From positions 189,164,001 to 189,228,000 of the forward strand of contig NC_086097.1 in NCBI RefSeq assembly GCF_963921235.1: a stretch of 64,000 nt of DNA, read 5' to 3'. Origin of the DNA: Mobula hypostoma (taxonomy: Eukaryota). The notes beneath the pieces are model-generated. The model was given only the letters and a program-made list of their open reading frames with translations, had not been told where the DNA came from and ran no database searches. Position 1 is the stretch's first letter; each line of letters begins with the position of its first letter. Positions 51,975 to 64,000 of the stretch are shown piece after piece. A program made the position numbers and the translations under genes.

Positions 51975-52863
51975 TAGTCATAGTCATAGTCATACTTTAT
52001 TAATCCCGGGGGAAATTGGTTTTCGTTACACTTGCTCCATAAATAATAAATAGTAATAGAACCATAAATAGTTAAATAGTAATATGTAAATTATGCCAGT
52101 AAATTATGAAATAAGTCCAGGACCGGCCTATTGGCTCAGGATGTCTGACCCTCCAAGGGAGGAGTTGTAAAGTTTGATGGCCACAGGCAGGAATGACTTC
52201 CTATGACGCTCTGTGCTGCATCTCGGTGGAATGAGTCTCTGGCTGAATATACTCCTGTGCCCAGCCAGTACATTATGTAGTGGATGGGAGACATTGACCA
52301 AGATGGCATGCAACTTAGACAGCATCCTCTTTTCAGACACCACCGTGAGAGAGTCCAGTTCCATCCCCACCACATCACTGGCCTTACGAATGAGTTTGTT
52401 GATTCTATTGGTGTCTGCCACACTCAGCCTGCTGCCCCAGCACACAACAGCAAACATGATAGCACTGGCCACCACAGACTCGTAGAACATCCTCAGCATC
52501 GACCGACAAATGATAAAGGACCTCAGTCTCCTCAGGAAATAGAGACGGCTCTGACCCTTCTTGTAGACAGCCTCAGTGTTCTTTGACCAGTCCAGTTTAT
52601 TGTCAATTCGTATCCCCAGGTATTTGTAATCCTCCACCATGTCCACACTGACCCCTTGGATTGAAACAGGGGTCACCAGTACCTTAGCTCTCCTCAGGTC
52701 TACCACCAGCTCCTTAGTCTTTTTCACGTTAAGCTGCAGATAATTCTGCTCACACCATGTGACAAAGTTTCCTACCGTAGCCCTGTACTCAGCCTCATCT
52801 CCCTTGCTGATGCATCCAACTACGGCAGAGTCATCCAAAAACTTCTGAAGATGACAAGACTCT
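51975..52863 (-). mobile_element. Rex/Babar-type LINE 3' fragment nested in the 3'UTR of another LINE
   Basis: ORF 52128..52838 (DDSAVVG, LNVKKTKELVVD, YKYLG, RLYFLRRL); (GACTAT)n tail. Confidence 0.88.
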
Positions 52864-53999
52864 GTGCAGCATCAAAATACAAATATGACACCATATACAA
52901 CCCTGAGGTTTATTTTCTTGAGGGCATACTCAGTAAATCCAAGAATCATAATAGAACCGATGGAAAAAACAGAAACAAGCAGGCAAACAACCAATGTGCA
53001 AAAGACAACATACTGGGCGAATACAAAAGAAAAAAGAAATAAAAATAGTAAATAAATAAGCAACACATATCGAGAACATGAGATGAGAGTCCTTGAAAGT
53101 GAGTCCATAGGTTGTGGGAACAGTTCAGGGATGGGCAAATGATGTTGAGTGAAATTATCCCCTCTGGTTCAAGAGACTAGAGGTCTTGAGCCATTTCTGC
53201 ACTGTTTCAGGAGTTAATAGACATACAGTTATACTAACTGAGTAAAAAAATTCTGGTTTTGCCCATGGTGTCCACATCAGACTGAAAAAAAAACAGTAAA
53301 AGCAACATCTATTACCAAGCAGCTGTCCTACTATAAGGCTTGTGTTGACAGCAAATGAAAATACATTGGGAAGTAAGAGTTATATAGGACAGTCTATCAT
53401 TATAAGAGATAACTGTAAGCTGCTTACAGTTGACTGGCATTTTCTAGAGCTTGTAGTCTCATATGTCTTCACAGTCAGCCATTTGTCTTCTTGCTTGAAG
53501 CTTTGAAATTTAAATTTAATGTGCACTTAAACAATCTTCAAGAATGCCTTTAAAATGTTATCATTATAAAAGAACAATGTAGTTAATAACTTATATCTAA
53601 TCTTAGAATTATTACTGACAAATGAATGCTGGGGAGCACATCAATAATTTTGCTGTTTTATATAAGGAATATCAGCATTATTTTGCCTTCTCCAAATGAA
53701 TCAATTGATAATATTTGTAAATAACTGCTTTAGTAATGCACACATAAGCCTCATCTTAAAGTATATTAAACATTATCTTATTTTTTATTGAACTTTAGTG
53801 ATTTACTGTAATTAATAAAATATTAATATTGAATTGTGAAGATACCATTTGCTTATTAGGTGTATGGTAAATCAGATTTTTACATAGCCTGTTATAACAT
53901 TGAATCCTTGAATCAATTGTTTCCAAATACTTGGGCAAAAGTAATATCTATTTACATTCACAAGGTCCTCATATAGTTTTCTCTTTATCAAAAAATGTA

Positions 54000-54590
54000 A
54001 AGCCTTGCAGATTTTGGAAGGAGTACAGAGGGATTTACCAGGATGCTGTTTGGATTAGAGGGCCTGAACTTGTAAGGAGAGGTTGGGCAAACTTGGAATG
54101 TTTTCTCTGGAACGTCAGAGGCTGAAGGAAGATGTTATAAAAGATTATTAAATTATAAGAGATATGGATAGGATTGCCAGTGTCCTTTTCCCTGAGCAGA
54201 AATGTCAAATATTAAAGGGCATGCATTTAAGGTGAGTGGGGAAAAGTTTAAAGGACATATGCAAGGAAAGATTTTACACAGGGAGTGGTAGGTGTCTGGA
54301 ATGGATTGTCAAGGGTAGTGGTGGATGCAGATATGATCCAGGATCAGCCATGATGAAATGGTGGATCAGACTTGATGGGCTGAATAGCCTAATTCTGCTC
54401 CTATGGCTTATGTCTTATTGTCTATATGATAGTGATGTTTAAGAGGTTTTTAGATAGGCACACGAATATGCAGGAAATGGAGGGGAAGGATCATGTGCTT
54501 GCAGAAGAGATTTAGTTTAATTTGGCATTGTACTCAGCACAAACATCGAGAACCAAAGGGCTTGTTCTGTTGCTGTACTGTTCTATGTCC
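54000..54590 (+). mobile_element. Old CR1 3' fragment
   Basis: Degenerate similarity to the CR1 3' ends elsewhere in the window. Confidence 0.6.
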
Positions 54591-56315
54591 TAAGCGATCC
54601 TGAAATGCTGGAACTACTCAGCAGGTGAGGCAGTAGCTGTAGAGTGAGAAGCAGAGTTAACTTTTCAGATCAAAAACATTTCATCACAGAGTGCTATCAA
54701 CCTGAAACATAGGCCTCATTGAACCATAGTCAATAATTTTCAGACAAAGATTATCTCTCTTTAAATGGGCTTAGGAAACTGCTAATGTCACACACTGCAC
54801 TCACTGTGGTGCAGGATCTGGGTAGAAAGGCAGCAGGTTTTAATCTTCTTTAAATAACATGGTAATTTTGAACTGGCAAAGAATGTTAAGAGTGACCAGG
54901 AAAGATGTGTTCATGTGCTATGTATGCAGAATGAAAACTAAATCTGATTTAATTAATTATCCTTCAACATTGGCAGATCATCTTTTCATGCAGCCGCATC
55001 TCAATCTGTGATTTTGACAAGCTACTTTGCTGGTCAAAATGCAATGTGCTATGGCAATTACTGGAAGACAATGAATTTTATTAGATAGCTGTGCAGTATC
55101 ATGGGGCAAAAGACAACAGCAGTGAATACAAATTCATTCCTCCCCAGCAGTGAATCAACCATTTCAGTGTGAAGAGGTGTCAGGCGGGGCCTCAGTAAGC
55201 ATGAGTCAGTTTTGTGGATTTTTTTAGCAGCTAATTCGGAGCCTGAGTGAAGCAGAGATGCTGTGAACTCTCTCGTCTCTGATTGATGCATTACCTTCAG
55301 AAGAGAGTGAGTTCATCAGAAACTGCAATTTCCTTCGTTAATGATGTGGACAATACTTCCACCTCACTTTCAAAACACCCTTATTTAACTGTCTATCACC
55401 TAATTAATAAATTGGCCTAATTTTTCACAGCTATGGACTTCAAAATGTAGAACAAAAGATTACAATTAATGTTAACATTTCATTTTACAATGGTACAGTC
55501 TTCCAGAATTTTTAATTTTCAGAATCAGAAGAATTGGATTTAATATCACTAGCTATTTTTGTGAAATTTGATGTCATGCAGTAGCTTTACATTGCAATAA
55601 ATAATAATAAAATAACTGTAAATTACAGTAAATATATATATTTAAAAAGTTCAATAAATAGTGCAAGAAGAGAGAAAATTATGTAGTGACGTAGTGTTCA
55701 CGGGTTCAATGTCCATTCAGAAATTGGATGGCAGATGGGAAGAAGCTGTTCCTGAATCGCTGAGTATGCGCCATCATGCTTCTGTACCTCCCTGATTGTA
55801 ACAATGAAAACAAGGCATGGCCTGTGTGATGGGGGTCCTTAATGAAGGATGCCACCTTTTTGAGGTATTGCTCCTTGAAGATGACCTGGATACTATGGAG
55901 GCTGACCAAGTTTACAACTCTCTGCAACTTACTTCGATCCCGTGCAGAAGTACCCCACCCCCCATAGCAGACAGTGATGTAGCCAGTTAGAACGCTCTTC
56001 ATGGTACATCTGTAGAAATTTCTGAGTGCCTTTGGTAACATACTAAATCTCCTCGGTCTCTTAATGAACTACAGCCTCTGCTGTGTCTTCTTTACAACTG
56101 CATTGATATATTGGGCCCAGGATAGCTCCTCAGAGATGTTGACACGCAGGAACTTGAAATTGCTCACCCTTTACACTTCTGATCCCTCTATGAAGATCGG
56201 TGAATGTTCATTCGTCTTATCCTTTCTGAAGACCACAATCAATTCTTTGGTCTTACTGATGTTGAGTGCAATGTTGTTGCTACGACACCACTCAACCAGT
56301 TCATCTATCTGGCTC

Positions 56316-57572
56316 AAACAACAGGAATTCTGCAGATGCTGGAAATTCAAGCAACACACATCAAAGTTGCTGGTGAACGCAGCAGGCCAGGCAGCATCTG
56401 TAGGAACAGGTGCAGTCGACGTTTCAGGCCGAGACTCTTCGTCAGGACTAACTGAAGGAAGAGTGAGTAAGGGATTTGAATGTTGGAGGTGGAGGGGGAG
56501 ATCCAAAATGATAAGAGAAGACAGGAGGGGGAGGGATAGAGCCAAGAGCTGGACAGGTGATAGGCAAAAGGGATACGAGAGGATCATGGGACAGGAGGTC
56601 CAGGAAGAAAGACAAGTGGGAGAGGGGGACCCAGAGGATGGGCAAGGGGTATATTCAGAGGGACAGAGGGAGAAAAAGGAGAGTGAGAGAAACAAAGTGT
56701 GCATAAAAATAAGTAACAGATGGGGTACGAGGGGGAGGTGGGGCCTTAGCGGAAGTTAGAGAAGTCGATGTTCATGCCATCAGGTTGGAAGCTACCCATA
56801 CGGAATATAAGGTGTTGTTCCTCCAACCTGAGTGTGGCTTCATCTTTACAGTAGAGGAGGCCGTGGATAGACATGTCAGAATGGGAATGGGATGTGGAAT
56901 TAAAATGTGTGGCCACTGGGAGATCCTGCTTTCTCTGGCGGACAGAGCGTAGATGTTCAGCAAAGCGGTCTCCCAGTCTGCGTCGGGTCTCGCCAATATA
57001 TAAAAGGCCACATCGGGAGCACCGGACGCAGTATATCACCCCAGTCAACTCACAGGTAGTGTTGCCTCACCTGGAAGGACTGTTTGGTTCCCTGAATGGT
57101 GGTAAGGGAGGAAGTGTAAGGGCATGTGTTGCACTCGTTCCGCTTACACGGATAAGTGCCAGGAGGGAGATCAGTGGGGAGGGATGGGGGGAACGAATGG
57201 ACAAGGGAGTTGCGTAGGGAGCGATCCCTGCAGAATGCAGAGGGCGGGGGGATTGAAAGATGTGCTTAGTGGTGGGATCCCATTGGAGGTGGCGGAAGTT
57301 ACGGAGAATAATATGTTGGACCCGGAGGCTGGTGGGGTGGTAGGTGAGGACCAGGGGAACCCTATTCCTAGTGGGGTGGCGGAAGGATGGAGTGAGAGCA
57401 GATGTACGTGAAATGGGGGAGATGCGTTTAAGAGCAGAGTTGATAGTGGAGGAAGGGAAGCCCCTTTCTTTAAAAAAGAAAGACATCTCCCTCGTCCTAG
57501 AATGAAAATCCTACCACCCCACCAGCCTCCGGGTCCAACATATTATTAATAGGGTTCTTTGATGTGTGTTGC
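56316..57572 (-). mobile_element. Penelope-like element, same family as 1701-4034, frameshifted, with a collapsed inverted arm
   Basis: GIY-YIG ORF pieces at 56746-57048 and 57067-57486. TSD TCATCTATCTGGCTC at 56301-56315 and 57573-57587. Inverted fragments at 57510-57572. Confidence 0.92.
56414..56449 (-). ncRNA. Minimal hammerhead ribozyme motif in the second PLE copy
   Basis: AGTC-CTGACGA-AGA(GTCTCGG)CCT-GAAACGTC-GACT; cores intact, one stem II mismatch. Confidence 0.72.
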
Positions 57573-58059
57573 TCATCTATCTGGCTCCTGTAGGTCTTCT
57601 CATCACTATATGAAATTATGCTAACAACAGTTGTGTTGTCAGTAAATTTATAGATGGCATTTGGACTGTGCCTAGCCATCTGGTCATGGGTGTAGAGAGA
57701 GTACAGCAATGAGCTAAGCACACGTCCTTGAAGTGTCGATTATCAGTGATGCTATTTCCAATCTGCACAGACTGTGGTCTTCACGAAATGTCATAGATTT
57801 AGTTTAAAACTCAAAGAAAATGTATTATCAAAGTACATATACGCTTCCATATACAACCCCGAAATATATTTCCTTGTGGGCATTCACAGTAAATACAAAA
57901 AACACAATGGAACCAATGAAAGATTGCACCCAACAGGATGGGCAAACAGCTAATGTGCAAAAAACAACAAACTGTGCAAATACAAGAAGAATAAATAAAC
58001 AAGAAAACAAACAATAATTATTGAGAACATGAGAGGGTGCATCCTTGAAAGTGAGTCCG

Positions 58060-60030
58060 TAGCATTGTGTATTTCAGTAATATTTCAATAATATTTTGTA
58101 TATATTGATTGATTAAGCATTCTTTGTTGTCTAAATAATTGTTTATGGGTTATATGTGTGAATGGCTTACATCACCACACCACCACGTCACATGTACAAA
58201 TGTTGCTTAAAGTAGAAGCAAAGTTAGACTGCCTTGTTTTTCTTCCAATTAGTTTTATGTTGATACAGAACATAATAGTGGTGACAAGAAAGTTTTAAGT
58301 GAACCCGCGGCAACTATCTGCCTGTTGAAGCGCAGTGAGACATTTGAGTTAGAACAAGTGCAGCGAGAAACAGTCGAGTACAACAAAACAGCACAGCACA
58401 TGCCATTTGGAACGGACAGACATGGTCATATTAAAAAAAAGGCAGTAAACATACAAATTCATTAAAACAGTGAGTACCAAGTAATAATCATAACTAAAAA
58501 AAAGAACAGAAATGGATGACTACATTGGAAAGATTGATGTATTCAATTGCACAAGAGATAACTGGATTTTGTATACTGAGTAATTGAGCAGTATTTTAAA
58601 GCAAATATGGTAATCAATGAGAAATGAGTACCAGTTTTGCTGAGTGTATTGCATTTAAAGGCACACCGTTTGCCTAGACTCCAATCACAGTTTGACTTCT
58701 CCAATCAAACCAGCCGAAAGGAGCTTTGCTGATATTGTGAAAGTAATACAGGAGCATTTAGAACCAAAACCATTGTTGATTGCAGAATGCTTTACATTTC
58801 ATAAGTGCAGTCAAAAGGAAGGGGAGTTTCAGCTTACATGGCTGAATTGAAGGAGTTGTCTGAGCATTGTCAGTTCAGAAATGGGCTTAATGATGCACTG
58901 AAAGATCATTTAGTTTGTGGAATCTTACAAGAAAGCCTTCTAACACTGCTCCTAACTGAAGGATAACTAACATTTAAAAGAGCAGTTGAAATAGCTGTAT
59001 CAGTGGAAACAGCAGACATAGACGCAATTAAGTTGCAGTCAGGAATGAAAGTGAGCATGGACAAAGTTGCAACATCTAAAATGAAACCTGCCTGGCAGAA
59101 CAAATTTTGTTACTGTTGTGGCAGGGGTTCATATACACCAGACAATGCAGGTTTAACATAAGAACATAAATAGAAGCAGGAGTAGGCCATCTGGCCTGCC
59201 AAGCCTGCTCCACCATTCAATAAAATCACGCTGATCTGACCATGGACTCATCTTCATCTCCCTGCACTTCCCCCATAACCCTTAATTCCCCTCCTCTGCA
59301 AAAATCTATCCAACCTTGCCTTGAATATATTTACTGAGGTAGCCTCCACTGCTTCAAAGGTGAAACTCGCAGAAAATGCAACAAAGTAGGATATATACAA
59401 ACAGCATGTTGGACAGACAAAAATAAATGGACTGCACAGAGAAGAGCAAAAGATAAAAGATCAAATTGCAGTTTCGAAGAGCGCATTAATCTGCATTCTG
59501 TTGATACCAAATCTTACAATGATGAGAGTGACACAGGGATTACAATGGGAAAACTAACAATAGACAAGCAGTATGACTTACACCAGCAGTGAATGGAAAA
59601 TTAATTAATTGGACGTTGGCTCGACTGTTTCAGTCATTCCACAAAATGAATTTGAATGGCATTTCAAAGATATTAAACTGAAGCCTACAGATATCCAACT
59701 ACGAACTTACACTGGAGAAAAGATAACTCCTGTGGGAATGACATTCAAAGTGAAATACAACCAGCAAGCCACACTGGGCTTGAATGTGGTAAAATAGGAG
59801 GGGTATCATTGTGGGTTGTGATTACCTGAGACAACTACAATTTAATTGGAGTTAATCCACCATTTGCGTGCCACATCCCCTGCAATACAGTCAAATGAAA
59901 GTGGATTAGAAAGGCACTGGATGAGGCCACAGCAGTGTTCAAGGACAGCAATGGAAAACTCAAACATATCAAGGGTAAAATAGTGTTAGATGAAAATACT
60001 GCATCCATTTTACAAAGCCTCTATGGTTTC
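58060..60030 (+). mobile_element. Decayed Gypsy/Ty3 LTR retrotransposon (5' LTR, PBS, gag, protease), interrupted by a CR1 3' end at about 59155-59355
   Basis: PBS-like TGGTGAC near 58279; gag-like remnants (YMAELKELSEHCQF, LKDHLVCGI, LTFKRAVEIA), zinc-knuckle remnants and protease-like DVGSTVSVIP. Confidence 0.78.
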
Positions 60031-61386
60031 CTATTAAAAGCACAATTGGATACCAAATTAGCAGATAATTAATACTGAGGAAGATAGCAACAATAATGTA
60101 TATTCTCTTTTAATAAACATACAGAATGGACAGATAATCACAAGTGAAATTGCACACAGATAAATGAAATAAGTTTGGTCGACAGAGTAAGGAGGTTACA
60201 TCACTTGCAAGCTGTGAGTTTAGTAGGGGTAGAAGGTCAAACGGATCACGTAGTATATACACAATCACCAAAAGTTGAACTATAGTTTAGCAAGTCCATA
60301 ACAAACCAACACAAACATTAGAGTTTATTTCCAGTTGGATAGAAATGAAAAGCAGATAAGTTGTGCTAAATCTGTAATAAATTTTGCTTTTTAATGTAAT
60401 AAGGATGTAGAGGCACTGAAGACTTTCCAGTACTTTACAAGTATGATACTAGAAGTATCCACATATCAAGAAAGGATAAACAAACTCTTCCTTCTTTAAG
60501 ATAAAATGCCGAATGATGAAAAGGTCTTTAATGAGAGACTTCGATACGGTAAGAATTTTCACCTTTTGTGGGAAGTAAATGACAAGAGGCCATGAATATA
60601 AAATAGATATAGAGAATTCAAAATAGACTTTTTTACCCAAAGAGTAGAAAATGTGGAATTTAGAATGTTGAATGAAAATGTGGGAATTACCTATGACAGG
60701 ACATGGTTGAATTGAATTGTACAGATGTAGTTAAGAGGAGGCTAGAGAAGTATATGAAGTGGAGCAGGTAGGAGGGTTTCTCTTATAGATTTAATTGGTG
60801 AAATGTATGAGGAGGTTCAAGTGAAACATAAATGTCAGGTTTAGTAGATCTGAATGGTCTTTTCGTGTACCATTTATCCACTTGCATATGTCAGCCTGAC
60901 AATTTTTAAACGTGAAATTATCGGAGAATACTGGAAGGATAGATTCCAAGGTTCCATTAAACACTGACTTCGATGAAATTCATTAAAACCATCAAGAATA
61001 TAGTTTGATCACAGGTTTTTAAAATGGTTCTGTACCTAAAGTTTCACTCACAATTAATGTCATACTGCAATTATATTAAAAGGAAACCAGATAGTATCAA
61101 TGAATGACTGAACAACAGATACAACCTGGTTATATCATTAAGCAATTCTGGGAAACTGCCTCGATCATTTATGCAGTAGTTTAAAAGTTCTACTGAGTAC
61201 AGAGCAAAATACCAATGTTCGATTTTTCCAATTCCAATGGGTTGAGCGTTATTTATTAGTTTGAAAAATTGCACAGGCACAAAACTAATGACTTGGTCAT
61301 GATTGATCACATGATTTCAATATATTTGTAGATAAATTTAAAAAAATGTCACAATGAGACTATACAGTGGGACATAGTGTGATTTG

Positions 61387-61586
61387 AGCCAGCTGGTGGT
61401 GTAGTGGCATCTGCACTGGACTTTGAGGCAAGTGGTCCTGGGTTTGAATCCAGCTGGCTCCCTGCACGCTTTCCATCTGTGCTGGGTTGAGCATTGAGCT
61501 AGCCTTGTAAAAAACAGACAACTGCTAAAGGAACAGCAAGGTTGCTGCCCAATGCGCTACAAGGTGCAGAGAGGAACAACAACACA
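61387..61586 (+). mobile_element. tRNA-derived SINE
   Basis: A-box TGGTGTAGTGG, B-box GGTTTGAATCC, (AAC)n tail and imperfect TSD ACA(T/C)AGTGTGA at 61372 and 61587. Confidence 0.75.
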
Positions 61587-62899
61587 ACACAGTGTGACTA
61601 GTTTATTTGGTAATCTAAGGTTCTTGTCTGCTTCACAGCAAAGCTAACTCTTCTACATTAACAATGAGAAAAAGTTCAAGGTAGTAAATTAAACTTTTTT
61701 ATTGGCTTATTTTGTGGGTTGTGTTATAAAATCAGGGCAAATAATAGATCAGGAATGGAGGAGAGTTGTATAATTTTATTAAGAGGAAATATTTGCATTT
61801 TATGGTTAGATACTTGGTAAATCATAAAAGAAGTCCACTTAGTAGCACTTACTTTGTACATGAATGAAACTTTTTCCATTTTTCACTTTGTTGCTACAGA
61901 TGCATTCACTGTGGCACTATAATGTTTAGCCTCAAACTACATGTTACATTTATTAAGGATAACTAGAGATATTGGGAAATAAATGAGCAGATCTCAATGG
62001 TTTAAATATGTCTCAAACAACGTGGAATGAATCATCTAAATAAACAGGTATCTCCAGTGGCTTTTTTTTGGAGAGTGTAAATATCACAATGGACACTAAG
62101 CTGGAAATTGCCTGATAAGATGCTTGTAAATGGGTGAGGCTATGCTTTTACCATCTATGTGAAGCACAGACACATTCAGTCACAACCAAAATTAAAAGGA
62201 AGATATCAGAGAAAACATGCTTAAATATCTCAGACCAGCAGATCTTCGAATATTTTGCAGCCAATCCAATGGTTACTTGTTTTCATGTAGTCCCTTTGAC
62301 ACAACAAAACGTCGCCAGGTATTGTTGAGAGGAGAAATGAGGCTTGTTTTGAGAAGGCATTAGATGGAAGTCAAATAGAAAGGCTGATAGATATTAAGAA
62401 GTTCTAATAAGAAGAATTTAGATGGCTGGAAGATTTCTGATCGATGTTGGAACACAGTAAACATCCACAGGATGCCAGAGTCAGATAAACATGTAGCATT
62501 ACAGACAACATAAGGTTGGAGTAGATTATCATTTAAAAAAAACATGGTGGAAATCTTTGAAAGGTTCACAAATAAAACAAAAACTTAAAATTTTAAACAA
62601 TCTGTTGAGGAACAAGGGCACAAGGGTTAATTCAAATTTAAATGATAATTGGGCACGTGGACATTATTGTAGCTTAATGTTAAGTGATTGGATATTTTGG
62701 AACTTCAGCAGGTTACAATTGCTAAGAACATCATGAATAATTGGAACCTGAAAGTGCCAAAAGCAGAAATAAACACCGTGAGTGAATAATGTAGGGGTTG
62801 AGGGGAACCATTTTGTAGAAATGGAAGTAAGTAGAATTTATGTTTGACTTGAAATAGCTCTGGTTCAGAAACTGTCTTTTCTAATCTCTTCACAAAGCT

Positions 62900-64000
62900 T
62901 GTAAAGTGATCTGGACCACCAGGGAAAATGGGCTGAAAAAACGGCGGATGGAATTTATCTATTTGTTTATTTTATTTAGAGATACAACATGGAACAGGTG
63001 CTACTGTTCCAATGAGCCGCTCCACCCAACAACCCATCTATTTAACCCTAGTCTAATCACTGGATAATTTACAATGTCCAATTAACCCATTAACTAGTAC
63101 TTCTTTGGACTGTGAAAGGAAACCAGAGCACCTGGAAGAAACCCACGCATACACGGGGAGAGCGTATGTCCTTATGGATGGTGCCAGAATTGAACTTGAA
63201 GTCCTTCACCCCAAGCTGTAACAGCATCCACTAACTGCTATGCTACTATGGTGCCCAATTTAATGCACACAAGTGTGAGGTGTTGCACTTTGGGATGACA
63301 AACCAAGGTAAGAAATACGCAATGAATGGTAGGGCATGGAGGTGTTTGATAAAACAGAGAATTAAATATACAGGTCCATAACTTATTGAAAAGGCATCAC
63401 AGGTAGATGGTGTTATAAAGAGAACTTTTTGCACAATGACCTACATATATTAGGGCTTTAAGTATAGGAGTTGGCATGTTATGTGGAAGTTGTTTAAGAC
63501 TTTGCTGCGGCCGGATTTGGAATATTGTATGTAGTTCTGGTCACCCACCCACAGGAAAGATATCAATAAGCTTGAAAGAGTGCAGAGAAAATTTACAAGT
63601 ATGTTGACAGGACTTGAGGACCCAAGATGTGGGGTAAAATTGAATAGGTTAGGACTTTATTCACTGGAGCACAGGAGAATGAGGGGAAATCTTACAGAGG
63701 TATACACAATCATGAGGGGTATAGAGAAGGTGAAGCATCCAGGTCTTTTCCCCTCAGGCTGAGTGAGACCAGGACCAGTGGTATAGATTTAGGGTGAAAG
63801 GTGAAATATTTAAGGTGAATTTGAAGGGGAACTTCTTCACACAAAGGGTGTTGTGGGTGTGGAATGAGCTGCCAGTGGAAATGGGAGATGCAGCTTCAAT
63901 TCTTACATTTAAGAGAAGTTGGTTTGGATAGGTACCATACATGGATAGGTGAAATACAGAGGGCTATGGTCCTGGTGCAAGAGATGGGACCAGGCTGGCA
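62900..64000 (+). mobile_element. Decayed CR1 3' fragment
   Basis: QRKFTSMLTGLED...LGLYSLEHRRMRG (63580..63762). Confidence 0.75.
62960..63250 (-). mobile_element. V-SINE (HE1-like) nested in CR1
   Basis: V-domain-like GGAAACCAGAGCACCTGGAAGAAACCCACGC..ACACGGGGAGA. Related copies lie near 15250-15470 and 31490-31680. Confidence 0.7.

Larger units (their letters stand above)
55520..57780 (-). mobile_element. Rex/Babar-type LINE interrupted by the second PLE
   Basis: LLYSLYTHD/KFTDNTTVV (57497..57721) continues past the PLE as WCRSNNIALNISKTKELIV and LRNFYRCT...RFRNSFFP. Confidence 0.85.

Noticed and set aside
55100..55330. Possible enhancer (AP-1 TGAGTCA at 55202-55208 in unique sequence)
   Set aside because: A single short motif is expected by chance; conservation or chromatin data would be needed.
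61387..61460. tRNA gene
   Set aside because: A and B boxes are present, but the sequence continues into a SINE body with an (AAC)n tail and TSD, and I found no convincing cloverleaf.
29500..64000. Second carbonic anhydrase paralog or other host exons upstream
   Set aside because: No CA motifs or convincing exon chains were seen, and all long ORFs are transposon-derived. Small exons could have been missed by eye.

Overview
Eukaryotic, repeat-dense genomic DNA, most likely from a cartilaginous fish (inferred from the V-SINE, CR1, Rex/Babar and Penelope repeat types). The only host gene I can support is a complete 7-exon cytosolic alpha-carbonic anhydrase on the minus strand (ATG 26328, stop 10500; 780 nt, 259 aa) with a TATA/CCAAT, CpG-rich promoter. 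Its zinc ligands are intact, but the His64 proton shuttle is replaced by Ile. The rest is mostly transposon debris: CR1, Rex/Babar and L1 LINEs, a decayed Gypsy element, solo LTRs, SINEs, a Tc1 derivative and a 48-bp minisatellite. The most striking structure is a Penelope-like (GIY-YIG) retroelement family. It inserts as asymmetric fold-backs (a 2.3-kb near-perfect palindrome, a collapsed sister copy and mini-hairpins), three of them with 14-15 bp target-site duplications and an unpaired ~35-40 nt tail. The longer copies carry a minimal type I hammerhead ribozyme. All analysis was by eye; boundaries of old repeats are approximate.
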